A stretch of DNA of 64,000 bases from Azolla caroliniana. Taxonomy: Eukaryota; Plantae; Polypodiophyta. The notes under the pieces were generated by a model that saw only the letters and a list, made by a program, of their open reading frames with translations, did not search any database and had not been told where the DNA came from. Made by a program: the position numbers and the translations under genes. Below are positions 1 to 11,699 of this stretch, in pieces (position 1 is the stretch's first letter; each line of letters starts with the position of its first letter). The stretch covers positions 7,440,001-7,504,000 of the forward strand of contig JBHGNT010000018.1 in assembly GCA_043228905.1 (NCBI GenBank). The letters run 5' to 3'.

Positions 1-56
1 TTTTTTTATAATCGAAACAATATAGAAAAAATTTTATGCTACAATTTGGGCCACTA

Positions 57-259
57 CTAGTTCAGGCAATTCAAAGATTGTACCTTTATCATACATAGGA
101 GCTTAGATGATACTGAATCTCCATCTTTACTCTTCAAAGGTACCGACCGTATACCTGTCTTCATCTCTCGCACGGGAAAGCAAGCTTGCCCAACAAAATC
201 ATCCCTTTGTAGTCTATCATTCTCCCTCACTTCTAGCCGCAATATTGCAATATCTGGTA
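57..259 (-). CDS. PLC: Phosphoinositide-specific phospholipase C, last coding exon (C2 domain C-terminal part)
   Basis: Translation (V)PDIAILRLEVRENDRLQRDDFVGQACFPVREMKTGIRSVPL matches plant PI-PLC C2 (VPELALLRIEV..DDFGGQTCLPV.EL..GIRAVPL). AG acceptor at 260-261, phase compatible with the preceding exon, stop at 57-59. Confidence 0.92.
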
Positions 260-559
260 CTGTTTCATTACAGAATAACTTCACGTCATCAAAAGTGGAA
301 ACTCTGGAAGTTTTTCCATTTCTGTTTACTGTTTTTTGAGGATTTCCATGCTCTGATTAGACATTACTAAAAAGGACAAAAAACTCTGAACCATATGCAC
401 ACATCCTAATACAGTATTAAACCATATGATTAAGTATTAAGCAACATGCATGCATACATCCTAATATGGTACTATGCCATATGATAGGGAATTATTGCAT
501 CCTAATATTATATTAAACCACTCTTCCAATTCTGCATATACTAGCAAATGTGTACATAC

Positions 560-668
560 CTCTAATCTGGAATTCGAAAGTTTCATCCTCCCAATTAGGT
601 TGATTGTTTTTGTACTTGATAGACGTCGTCTTCTTTGCCTTATCAGTAGGTATTCCATGAATTGCAAC
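560..668 (-). CDS. PLC: PI-PLC penultimate exon (VAIHGIPTDKAKKTTSIKYKNNQPNWEDETFEFQIR)
   Basis: 109-nt exon between ttttacAG and GTatgt. Homologous to PLC VGIAGVPAD..KKT.....P.W.E.FEF. The leftover G joins TA of the next exon to make Val. Confidence 0.92.
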
Positions 669-781
669 CTGTAAAAAGAACCAGAATTCAATAAAATAAC
701 TGACATTCTGAAGTTACTAAACACAATCCAAAAGTTCTTTCTTGTCTGGAGAACCACTCAAAGAAATAATTACTTAATTAC

Positions 782-853
782 CTTCACAAAAAAGTCGGGC
801 TTCTTAAAATAATCAAAATTCTTATGCCAATCCGTTCCGAGAAGTATTTTGAT
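782..853 (-). CDS. PLC: PI-PLC exon starting the C2 domain (IKILLGTDWHKNFDYFKKPDFFVK)
   Basis: 72-nt phase-0 exon between ccttcAG and GTaatt. Homologous to PLC VKVYMG.GW...FD..SPPDFY. Confidence 0.88.
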
Positions 854-1035
854 CTGAAGGCCAAAAGGTTAAAACAAAAAAGATCTTGTTAGAAATCACA
901 AAAAAGATCTGACTTAGGGCAAGTTACTGCAGAGAAGGAGAAGAATGGTGCTGCAAAACCTACCAATGTGACTGGGCAATCATGTGCAGTGCGCATATTA
1001 ACAAATGAAAACATTTTAAAACTAGAAATATGTAA

Positions 1036-1258
1036 GATGACTATATGGATTGTATATCTAGAGAAGTTTTGCATGAATGCAATAAGACAGTTTTTCAAGT
1101 TGACAGAAAGTTGTATCACATCTTCATATAGAATCTCTTTGGGAGATGATAAGGTGACTATATGGATTGGATAACTAGAGAAGTTTTGTATGAGTGCGAT
1201 AAGACAGTTTTTCATGTTGACAGAAAGGTGCATTACATCTTCATGTAGAATCTCTTTG
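1036..1258. repeat. Tandem duplication, about 117-bp unit x2
   Basis: Two copies of tgactatatggattg..ctagagaagttttg..gaatctcttt, 117 bp apart. Confidence 0.85.
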
Positions 1259-2708
1259 TAGCATGTGTTCGATTTGGTTATTTGAAATATTGATATGACA
1301 TGACGAATCAGGTGAACATTTTTGAGAATCTTCCAGCACATGGGCCCTTCTTTCTAAGAATCTAGTCAAATTGGGGATGCAACATCAAGAACAAAGATAC
1401 TACATTCATGAGTGTTTATTATGAACACCAGGAATTTCATCGTTTTTACTTCGTGTATGGCACATGTATCCATGTGTGTTAGGGCTCAGGTATGTATATG
1501 ATTACCCCTTTGCATTTGTTGTATGGTTCACCTATAGAAAGCAAAGTGTGATTATACCAGGTTGGATAGTTTGTCTTCATTTCTTGAAAATGGTGCAATG
1601 GGTTGGTGGTGCAATATGCTCCCTTGCATTGTCAAGAATTTACGCTTTGAAAAGTGACACAATATAGGATTATTAATCATGTGTTTCAAGATTTTGGATT
1701 TTAGAGTTTAAGAATTTTTCATGATTTATGAACTGTGAATTTTGGATTATCTGTTTGAGGAAAGAATAGTGAATATAGGTCTTTGAATATCATATAGAAG
1801 CAATATGCTTCTGGAGTGCAAACAATGATGGTATGACTTGATATCTTGATGTTTCTATCCAATGGAAACTAGATCTGACTGTCGTGCCTTGATTGATAAG
1901 AGAAAATTAGCACCACAATCTCTGTACAAAGGGGTTGCCAAGTAACCTTCTCTATGGGGTTCGCATATGTTTTGAAGAGGAAAAATATGTTATTCTTAGG
2001 AAGTAGGAACACTTTCACATCATTTCATGCGATATGCACCCAGGCATCATCAGACAATGACTCCTAGTAACCAGTAACTAATCGGGAGTCACAAACTCAA
2101 GCTCTAGACTTTCAAGGTCTAGAGAACACACCTCAATCACAACGTCTAGTTTGTTTATACACTGTATGCCATATTTATGCTGAAATGCAATCATGTCAGC
2201 TTTATAAATTTGTAAAAATGCTTTGGTCTTACTGGTCATTTTGGTTATCAGTCAACAATAATATTACTTTGTCTTTTTTCGTTCTCTCTCTCAGTGATTG
2301 TAATAGAATATTGTTTGTTTTAGATGAATGCTGCTAAAGGTAAGCTTGATCCAATAAGGGCCATGGTCTCAAGTTCTTCAAACTTACCTTTGCCATACAT
2401 ATATATGCATGAGCAAAGTTACAAACCACGTGCTCAGACTTTTACCCCAGAGAAGAAAGTAAGGAAAAATTCAAAAGTAAATGAATCAAGAAAGATAATA
2501 TGGGAGAAACAACACCCTTCTTGGTGGACATTTGAGTATGACACTTACATTATCATGTCCGTCCAACAAGTCATCATATTTCTCAGAAATTACCTTATAT
2601 AAGATGAGCAAAAGGATAAGAGATTAAGGAGAAGAATGGATTAACAATGCTTAACCACACCAACCACCCCCGAGCGAAGGACATGAGACAAACATAAAAT
2701 ACCATCAG

Positions 2709-3024
2709 TGTGTAAGGGTTAGGAATGATGTCAATAGGGCTGAGGAATACTCAGGATTCACCCTAGTACAGGCTCTTTAGATGCAACAGTGGAGCTATGG
2801 TAGAAACGATAGAGAGAGAGCAGTAGTTGGCCCAACACAGTCTCCCATAACACCAAATATTACCCTATGTTATACCTTGGTTGTTGAATAAATGAACCTA
2901 AAGAAGTCACTAATAGAGTCATGACAACATCTCAAGATGTCGTGATGAAGTGAGTAGCTAGTCCGCTTTATATAGCCCAACACCTAAGGCTCCCAAAGCA
3001 CAACATGTTCCCACGTATCTAACA
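2709..3024 (-). mobile_element. Probable solo LTR
   Basis: TG..CA ends, flanks atcag/atcgg (4/5 TSD), TATA-like CTATATAAAG on the minus strand near 2970. Confidence 0.55.
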
Positions 3025-3029
3025 ATCGG

Positions 3030-3350
3030 CAACGGTTCGGTTCAAACCGAACCGAACCGCGAAACTACAGCGAATACGGTTCGGTTCAGTTTCAACAATT
3101 AGAAACCACAGTTTAAACAGTTTAACGGGTTTTTTTTTTAAATAAAAAAAAATGTTTTTAAAAAATCTTTTCATTTTCATGCCTTATTCTCACATTTTAG
3201 GAAAATATTTAAAATTAAGAAAATTTAAATAATGAAATATTTTAAAATTTTAAAATTTAAATTTTAAATTTGACCTAAGCTGAAAACCAAAACCGAGGTT
3301 TTACCGGTTTAATGGCTCAACGGTTTGAATTTTTTTTAATGGTTCGGTTT
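3030..3350. repeat. AACCG/CGGTT inverted-repeat-rich element with AT-rich core (non-autonomous DNA-TE/MITE-like)
   Basis: cggttcggtt-c-aaaccgaaccg palindrome and dispersed aaccg/cggtt motifs at both ends of an A/T-rich core. Confidence 0.5.
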
Positions 3351-3356
3351 AATGCT

Positions 3357-4400
3357 TTATTTAGTACTAAAGGTCTTAAATGTTTAGTTGTATAACTTGT
3401 ATTAGTACTTTTTGTGTCCACCTGACTTAGGCTTTCCATGTCCGAACAAATAGGCATGAAGGTCTTGGTTGTTTAGTACTAACATTATTCATTACCACAT
3501 GAAATATACACATCAAGGTGGTTTAATATTGTTCCTTTAAGTTCCTTCTTTGAGGATTCGGTACTAACATTATTGATTACATTGTATTCCTTGTTAATCA
3601 ATTGATTAAGTACTGATTATTTAGTACTGAAGGTCTTAATTGTCCACTAAACTTCTTGTATTAGTACTAAATTGTTCATTACATTGTACGTTTTGTGTCC
3701 ACTTGACTTAGGCTCTGCATGACCGAACAACACCACATGAAGGTCTTGGCTATTTAGTACTAGCATTGTTCATTACCACATGAAATATCGACTTTTGGTG
3801 TCCAGATGGTTCAGTACTATCCCCTCAAGTCCCTTTTTTGTTGATTAAGTACTAACAATACTGATTAGAATGTATTTCTTGGTGATTAGTTGATTAAGTA
3901 CTGAAGGTCTTAATTGTCTACTTGTATTAGTACTAAATTGTTCATTACATTGTACGTTTTGTGTCCACTTGACTTAGGCTCTGCATGACCGAACAACACC
4001 ACAAGAAGGTCTTGGTTGTTTAGTACTAACATTGTTCATTACCAAATGAAATATTGACTTTTTGTGTCCAGATGGTTCAGTATTGTGCCCTCAAGTCCCT
4101 TTTTTATTGATTAAGTACTAACAATACTAATTACATTGTATTTCTTGGTGATCAATTGATTAAGTAGTGATTATTTAGTACAGAGTATCTTAATTATCCA
4201 TTGGACTACTTGTATTAGTACTAAATTGTTCATTACATTGTATGTTTTGTGTTCACTTCACTTACTAGGCTCTGCATGATCGAACAACACCACATGAAGG
4301 TCTTGGCTATTTAGTACTAACATTACTGATTACTGATTATAATGTATTCTTTTGTGAGCAGTTGAATCAGTACTGATTATTTAATACTGATGGTCTTACT
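3357..4400. repeat. Degenerate tandem array, about 260-280-bp unit x4, built from AGTACT-containing subrepeats
   Basis: Unit starts ttagtact(g/a)aaggtcttaa recur near 3361, 3621, 3897, 4175 and 4381. Internal gacttaggctctgcatgaccgaacaac also recurs. Confidence 0.85.
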
Positions 4401-4404
4401 TCAA

Positions 4405-7400
4405 GAGTTATTTGCAACAAAAGGGAATTCGGAGGGAATTCAGCTGTCGATACACGTTAGAACAAAACGGCATAACCGAGAGGAAGAAGCGGGCGATTGT
4501 TGGAAGAGAAGAGCATGCCCAAGTTCTAATAGGTCGAAGTGGTCCGGACGTCCGTCTACATCCAAAACCAGATCGGGGTGAAGGTGTCAGCACATGAGCT
4601 GTATTTCGGGCGGAAGCCGAACTTAAGACACCTTAGGGTATTCGGTAGCATAGGCTATGTGCATGTACTGGATGAGAAGCGGAGAAAGTTGGACCCAAAG
4701 TCAGAGAAGTGCATATTGGTTGGCTACCCACATGAGCAGAATGGGGTACAACTACTATGATCCCCGACAATTCCGACTATCCGATTCCGGAGGATGAGGA
4801 CAGTGAGCCCGAAATGATCTAGGTAGAAGAATAATAATAATTTGGTACTCTAGATGAGAGTCTGATCTCATTTCGGCTGAGCGGGCCAAATGAGTGACTA
4901 TGTCCGAATGATCAGTTGGATGACGAGCCAACGAGTAATGGAGACTCGGTAGTGCTCTCCCCGCATAAGGAACCAAGGAGACGGTTCCCGCTCAAAGAGA
5001 AGGGAAAGAAGAAGATGCCAGAAAATGACACCGGTAGGGTCAAGTCGGATCAGAGCGAATCTAACTCCGAAAAGAACAAGGACAGACGTTCAAAAATGAA
5101 GTCTGAATCGGCCAAGAAGGCCCTAAAATAGGCTAATGAGAAATTACGCCGATTGACCCGCCAAAAGAATCCTGTAAAACGGTATCGGTACAATGAGTAC
5201 ATGGGGCATCACTATGCATACATGACGAAAGTGGCGGAAGTACGTGAGCCGGAGAGCTATGTAGAAGCGACAAAGGACGCGCATTGGTGTGCCACTATGG
5301 AGGAAGAGATGCGGGCACTCGATGCCAACAACATATGGGACCTGGTTGACCCTCCCCGATATTGCAAACCGATCGGCTGCAAGTGGGTATTCAAGGTGAA
5401 GTACAATGCCGACGGTTCGGTCAACCGGTACAAGGTCCGGTTAGTGGCAAAAGGATATGTGCAGACCCACAGAATTGACTACGACAAGACCTTCGCTCCA
5501 GTAGCGAAGATGACGACGGTTCGTGTGGTGCTGGCAATTGGAGAAACGAGGGGGTGGCATTATGACCAAATGCATGTGAAGAATGTGTTTCTTCAAGGCG
5601 ATCTTGAAGAATAGGTGTATATGATCCAGCCCCCCGGTGTGCAGTCGGAGATGAACAAGTTGGCAGTGTGCTGACTGTTGGCATAAAAGGCCTACTCCTT
5701 CCACTTTGTATCCTAGTGTGAACTCTTCTAAAGAGTTAATTCTTTGTATATAAGCGATAACCGAACATTGTAAAGAGAGAACACTTGATCATCTTGTACA
5801 TCGAGTTTCTGAGATAGAGAACAGAAATAAAGAGAGCTTCCATTAAAGCTTCATATGTGTGTCTATCATCTGTCTATATCTTCTTGCCCTCCTTCTGTGT
5901 TGTTTGCTGAGCATAACCGACAAGTCCTCACATACGTTTCCGCGCATATCTGTTCTTCAATTGGTATCAGAGCGACTTGCTACTTGGCAACAACAGACAA
6001 TAGAAAAAGGCTGAAAGGAAAAAGATCAAGTCAGTAAAAGTTCACATTCAAAGAAGAATATGGCTTCAACATTCGGAACAAGAGTTGAAATCAGAAAATT
6101 CGATGGCAAAAACTTTTCCCTTTGGAAGGAGATGATGCAGGACGTGTTGATCATCAGAAGACAAGTCAAAGCCATTTGGCATAGTAAAAACCTGCCTCGA
6201 TGATAGCCGAAGATTGGAGATCTACAGACGAAATCGCACGCTCCACCATCTGAATCCATTTGGCCGAAAACTTCTACTTTAGCATGGCAAAAAAGATGAC
6301 AACATTCTCACTATGGGAGAAACTACAAGCCGTGTACGAGAAAAAATCCTCATCTTCAAAACTGATTTTGATCAAACAATTGTTCAACATGAAGATGAGA
6401 GAGTCTGATCCGGCTACCTCCCCCATCAAAGCCTTTAGTCAAGTGTTGTCAGAACGCTCCTCAAAAGGGATCAACTTTGAAGAAGAAGTGAAAGCCCTTG
6501 CCCTCCTATCGAGCTTGCCGACTAGTTGGGAGATATGCTGCACAACATACGCCAATAGCCAACCGATCCTAAATTTGGATGAGACGATCGACCAAGTTCT
6601 CACCAAGGACATTCGGTGAAAATCGATGGGACTTACCATCGATGAATCATCCGAAACCCATCACTCGACCGAGTCGTTTGACCAACAGAGTAGAACGAGA
6701 GGACAACCCGACAACGATAAAAAACAAGGGGAGACTGATAGCAGTTGAAGTCGAGAACGGGCTGATCAAGTGAATTCTGCACACTGCAAAAAAGTTGGCC
6801 ACAATGTTTCGGACTACTGGTCAATCAAGTTAAAAGAGAGTGGTCGGCCATCCGAACGGAATCGAGGAAGACCCAACTTGGACCACTCTCCTACAGGCAA
6901 CCAAATCAATGTTGTCGACACCCGATCAGGAGAAATTCTCTCCTTAGAGGATTCAGTGATTGGAGAAGTCCTCTACAGTGCATAGGATGCACAGACGTGG
7001 CTATTGGATTCCGATGCCACACTCCACGTGACCCCTAATATTGAATGGTGTTCGAAGTATTCAGCCGATGCCAGTGGCACAATTTGACTAGGCAACGGGC
7101 AGGAATGCAAAATTACAGGGACCGGAGAGGCTCCCATCAGATTGCCAAATGACAACATGATCGCCCTGCACCAAGTCCGGCAAGTACTCGATCTAAAAAG
7201 GAGTCTGGTCTCCATCGGCATGTTAGCCGAAGAAGGGTACAAAATGACTCTAAGTGAGTCAGTATGGATGATAAACCGAGGAAATCATAGAGTTGGGAGA
7301 GGGCACAAGTACAACAACTTGTACCCACTGATGGCAATCAATCTAGAAGGGGTCGTGAATGTAGCCGAAAAGACCGAACTGAACTTATGGCATGGCCGAC

Positions 7401-10400
7401 TCGGCCATATTTATCAAGTTGAACTTGATCAGTTGATGGTGGTCCACTACATCCCTAAACTCCAAGCAAAGACAAACTTCTGTGAGCATTGTCGATACGG
7501 GAAACAGACTCGAAGTCCGCACACTCTCCACTACGAGACGATACGACAACCCCTAAAACTCGTGCACAGAGATATATGTGAGCCCATGCCAGAGCGATCA
7601 CTAGGAGGCTCTCGATACTTCATCACCTTCGTAGATGACTGTACACGGAAGGTCTCGGCCTACTCCATCAGGTCCAAAGACAAAGTGCTCGACGTCTTCA
7701 CTCAATGGACAACTGAAGTGGAGAACCGGTTGGGATACAAAGTGAAGACACTCAGATCCGACAACGGAGGAGAATATACCTCTGGAACCTTCAAACAGTA
7801 CCGGTTCGACAAAGGGATCCAACATTAAAATACCATGCCTTACACACCCATGCAGAATGGAGTGGTAGAACAGTTCAACTGAATGATTCAGGAGAGGGTG
7901 ACAACAATGCTCCAGCAAGCCGGACTGAAGTTGGAGTACTAGGCCGAGGCATTGCAGACGACAGTATACCTAGTAAATCTTTCGCCGTCAAAAGCAATTA
8001 GGCTTGAAGTAACACAAGCACTATGGTCAGGGAAACAACCGACCTACGATAGGCATAGTGTATTCGGATGCGAATCCTACGCATTCATCCCCAAGGAGAA
8101 AAGGACCAAGTTGGCATCCCATGCAACGAACTGCATATTTCTCGGTTATGGAACCGATGGGTACTTCAGCTACCGGCTATGGGATCCAGAGAACCGGAAA
8201 CTAATCTGGAGCACTGACATAGTCTTCAATGAAGACTCTATCTTCTCTCAACGGAACCAATAGAAAACTGTTGGCAAAAGGGTATCCTTTGAAGACGACA
8301 GAGTTGTCATAGAAAGAACGACCCAACGAGCTGACTCAGAGCCTCGACAAATAGTCGAACTCGAGCAAGCCGACAACATACATGCCGACTCTGAATCGGT
8401 AGGAGGTTCACAAGTTGAACTCAACGACAAAGTCATCAAAGGCAAAGTCAAATTGACCGGAGTCGGAAATGATAGTGTCAAAAGAGATAGAATCCAACCG
8501 ACCGAAACACCGGATACGACTCAAGGGAAAAACAGATCTGAGTCGATCAAGTACCCAAGGGAGAACATCACAACACCACTAAAATCCCAACATGGGTCTG
8601 GATAAACCAACAAGACTCCAGACACAAGTGGCTCAACAAATGTCGATCAACCAATAGAGACGATTGAAGGATCCGAACCACTTATTTTGGGACCGAGGAG
8701 ATCTAGACAAGCTCGAAGGCCAATAGAGTTTTATCAATCGGGCCTCGACTACGTAAACTACACCGATGCAGGCCAACCAAGCACAGACAATGAAGCTATG
8801 GGCACACCGGACACCGATACATGGCAACAAGCCATGAAATCCGAAATGGACTCGATTCACAAGAATCAGACATGGGAGCTGGTTGAACTACTAGCTGGAA
8901 GAAAGCTGCTACCTTGCAAATGGGTTTTCCGATACAAATATGAATCAGACTCAGACAAAACCCAAGTACAAAGCTCGGCTTTTCTTGAAAGGGTTCAAAC
9001 AAGAACATGGGGTCGATTACTGTTGGATATTTCACCAGTAGTCAAGATGACCACCCTCAGACTCTTACCACGAGTTGTGGTGACAACAGACCTACAGCTA
9101 GAGCAGTTGGATGTAAAGACGACATTCCTACACAGAGATCTGGAAGAAGACATTTACATGTCTCAACCGGCAGGCTTCACGACGACGGGGGAGGAAAGTC
9201 ACCTCGTATGTCAATTGAAGAAAAGCCTCTATGTCTTGAAACAAGCGCCGAGGATGTGGTACCAGAACTTTGACTCCTACATGAGGCAGCTTGAATACCA
9301 TTGATCCGACTCCGACCCATGCATGTATGTTCGGCAATTGGCCAACGATTCTAGGATTTACCGATCCTATATGTCGACAACATGCTGATTGTAGTAAGCA
9401 ATCAAGCAGAGATCGCAAAGCTGAGTGAAGCCTTCACGACAAGTTCGCAATGAAGGAACTCGGACAAGTCCTTCACATACTGGGCATGAGGATCAAGCGA
9501 AATCGGACGACCAAGACTCTCTGACTCTCCTAGTCTGACTATATCCGGAAGGTGGTGAGGCGCTTCAACATGGAGAATACGAAGCCAACACCAACACCGC
9601 TTTCGACGTCAATCCAACTATTAAACAAAGACTCTCCTTCAACGAACAAGTAGAGAGGGCTTAATGGGAAGATACCCTACGCATCAATTGTAGGGAGTAT
9701 CATGTACGAAATGGTGGCGACTTGACCCGACCTAACCTATGCCGTAGGAGTGGTTAGCCAGTACATGTCAAACCCAAGACGGAAGCATTGGGAGGCTGTC
9801 AAGCAAATCTTTAGGTACCTGAGAGGGACTGAAGATACACAACTGACTTTCAGCTTGACAACCTCAGCCGAAGTCAAAGGCTACACTGATTCCGCTATGC
9901 AGGACAATCAAAAGTCAACATCTGGCTATATCTTCACCTATGGTCGGGGTGCTATATAATGGAGGTCCAAACTTCAAGAAGTTATGGCTCTGTCAACCAC
10001 GGAGGCTAAGTACATAGCAACATCTAAGGCAGCGAAGGAAGCGATCTGGTTGCACCGACTCTCTGCCAACTTTTTAGCTACAGGCCGAATCGACCGACCA
10101 ATGCCTACCATCTATTGTGACTCACAGAGCGCAATACACCTCATCAACAATCTTGTTTATCACGCAAAGACAAAGCATATTCTGGTGTGGTATCATCACA
10201 CTTGATCATCTTGTACATCGAGTCTATGAGAGAGAGAGAGAGATAACAGAAATAAAGAGAGCTTCCATTAAAGCTTTATCTGTGTGTCTATCATCTGTCT
10301 ATATCTTCTTGCCCTCCTTTTGTGTTGTTTGTTGAGCATAACCGATAGGTCCTCACATACATTTCCATGCATATCTGTTCTTCACTGACTCAAGAAGTCG

Positions 10401-10695
10401 CTCTACATCTTGAAGCTTGAAGCAAGCTCCCCGAGGTTGGAATTCGAAAATCACACACTAGTTGCATAAGATGGGGTTTGCCGCGTCCAAGTCCGACTCG
10501 TCATTATTCATATGGAAAGGTCCGGAAGTTCCATTATGTATCCTGCTATATGTGAACGATCTAGTCATTACCGGTTCCGGACTTGCTGAAATCGGCCATG
10601 TGAAGTCATAGCTGTCGATTGCATTTGAAATGAAGGACTTGGGGGACCTTCATTACTTCCTTGGGATCAAAGTGATCCATACCCACGACAACATA
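4405..10695 (+). mobile_element. Copia fragment E (integrase to RT, no LTRs), related to family A/J, interrupted by element F
   Basis: GIRREFSCRYT..EQNG, KLDPKSEKCILVGY, GSVNRYKVRLVAKG and FAPVAKMTTVR. RT resumes after F (KKSLY.LK, MKDLGDLHYFLGI) and stops near 10695. Confidence 0.88.
5676..10384 (+). mobile_element. Degenerate Ty1/copia element F (Tnt1/Tork-like), nested in E
   Basis: TSD ctgac (5671-5675/10385-10389). 5' LTR 5676-5959, PBS TGGTATCAGAGC (tRNA-iMet) 5962-5973. Gag from ATG 6060, then PR/INT/RT/RH with many stops. 3' LTR remnant 10198-10384. Confidence 0.93.
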
Positions 10696-11470
10696 CCCTT
10701 GGAAAGGGTTGTTGAATACATGCTTAAGGTTCAAAAAAGTCCCTCACATCGACTTCCTAGAATTGCGTGGGAAGCAACCAAAAATATCCAAAAGACGCAT
10801 AAAAGCAAAATTTTGTGTTCCTGTTGGATGCAAGATATAGAAAAATGGTTTGGTAGATGGGATGCGAGACACTTGCTTCATGATGCATCATTAGATTCCT
10901 CTGTAAATGAGGCATTTTTGCAACGCCAATGTATCATGACGTGGGACAAATGTGGAGGCTCACGCTTCACACATTATACTACACATGTTGCACCTAACTA
11001 CAAAGCCATATTCTTTGCGGAACGGGGAAATCGTACACATCCATACATGTTAGAGCCCATACCGTTATTTGCCATTCGAACCATTGCTTCCATGCGACTT
11101 AGCTCACATGCATTGCGATGTGAAACAGGGCGTTGGGGCACAAGTGATGAGAGTGGTCAGCTATGCACACTTTGCCCTAAACAAGTTCACGAGTCTGAGT
11201 ATCACACTTTGATACAATGCTCTGCCTTTGATCATCTTCGACCATGCTTTCCACATCTCTTTGATCGAGCCCAATCTTTGCATGAATTCCTCTCACAACC
11301 ACAATGTGCACTCTCGATTGCAACATTCATTGGTAAAGCTCTTGAACATCGAGAGTCACTACTCACTTTCACACGTATCACGTGAAATGTAATATTTTTG
11401 GTCTCATAGGTCATATTTGACCTCCGAAGATGATAATATAATCTATCTATCTATCTATCTATCTATCTCT
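10696..11470 (+). mobile_element. 5'-truncated LINE (ORF2 C-terminus with CCHC finger, 3' stem-loop, (ATCT)n tail)
   Basis: MRLSSHALRCETGRW..LCTLC..ESEYHTLIQC motif, stop at 11385, aggtca-tatt-tgacct hairpin at 11408-11423, (atct)n from about 11441. Confidence 0.85.
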
Positions 11471-11699
11471 ATCACTCTCTGTACAGTAGTTACAACAATA
11501 TGACAACAACAAATACAACAACACAAGTGATTGACCTAAGTCATATTTATACTTATATGAACTTAGGGCTATTTACAAATATAGCCTCAATAGGCTTACT
11601 TCTTATTCTCCCCGGCTCTCTCTTCCGGTTCTCACCGGGTCCTCTTTATTCATCACCAGATCCCATCCGCAGGGACCAATTTCCCAACAATCTCCCCCT

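Noticed and set aside
1350-1670. Possible decayed coding sequence (TE accessory or plant-mobile-domain-like)
   Set aside because: The resemblance is too weak to support without a profile search.
2324-2602. + strand ORF / mini-exon (ttttag ATGAATGCTGCTAAAG gtaagc)
   Set aside because: Splice-like signals only, with no recognisable protein or partner exons.
10630-11385. 251-aa ORF as a novel gene
   Set aside because: Chance in-frame fusion of copia RT (first ~22 aa) and a LINE ORF2 C-terminus.
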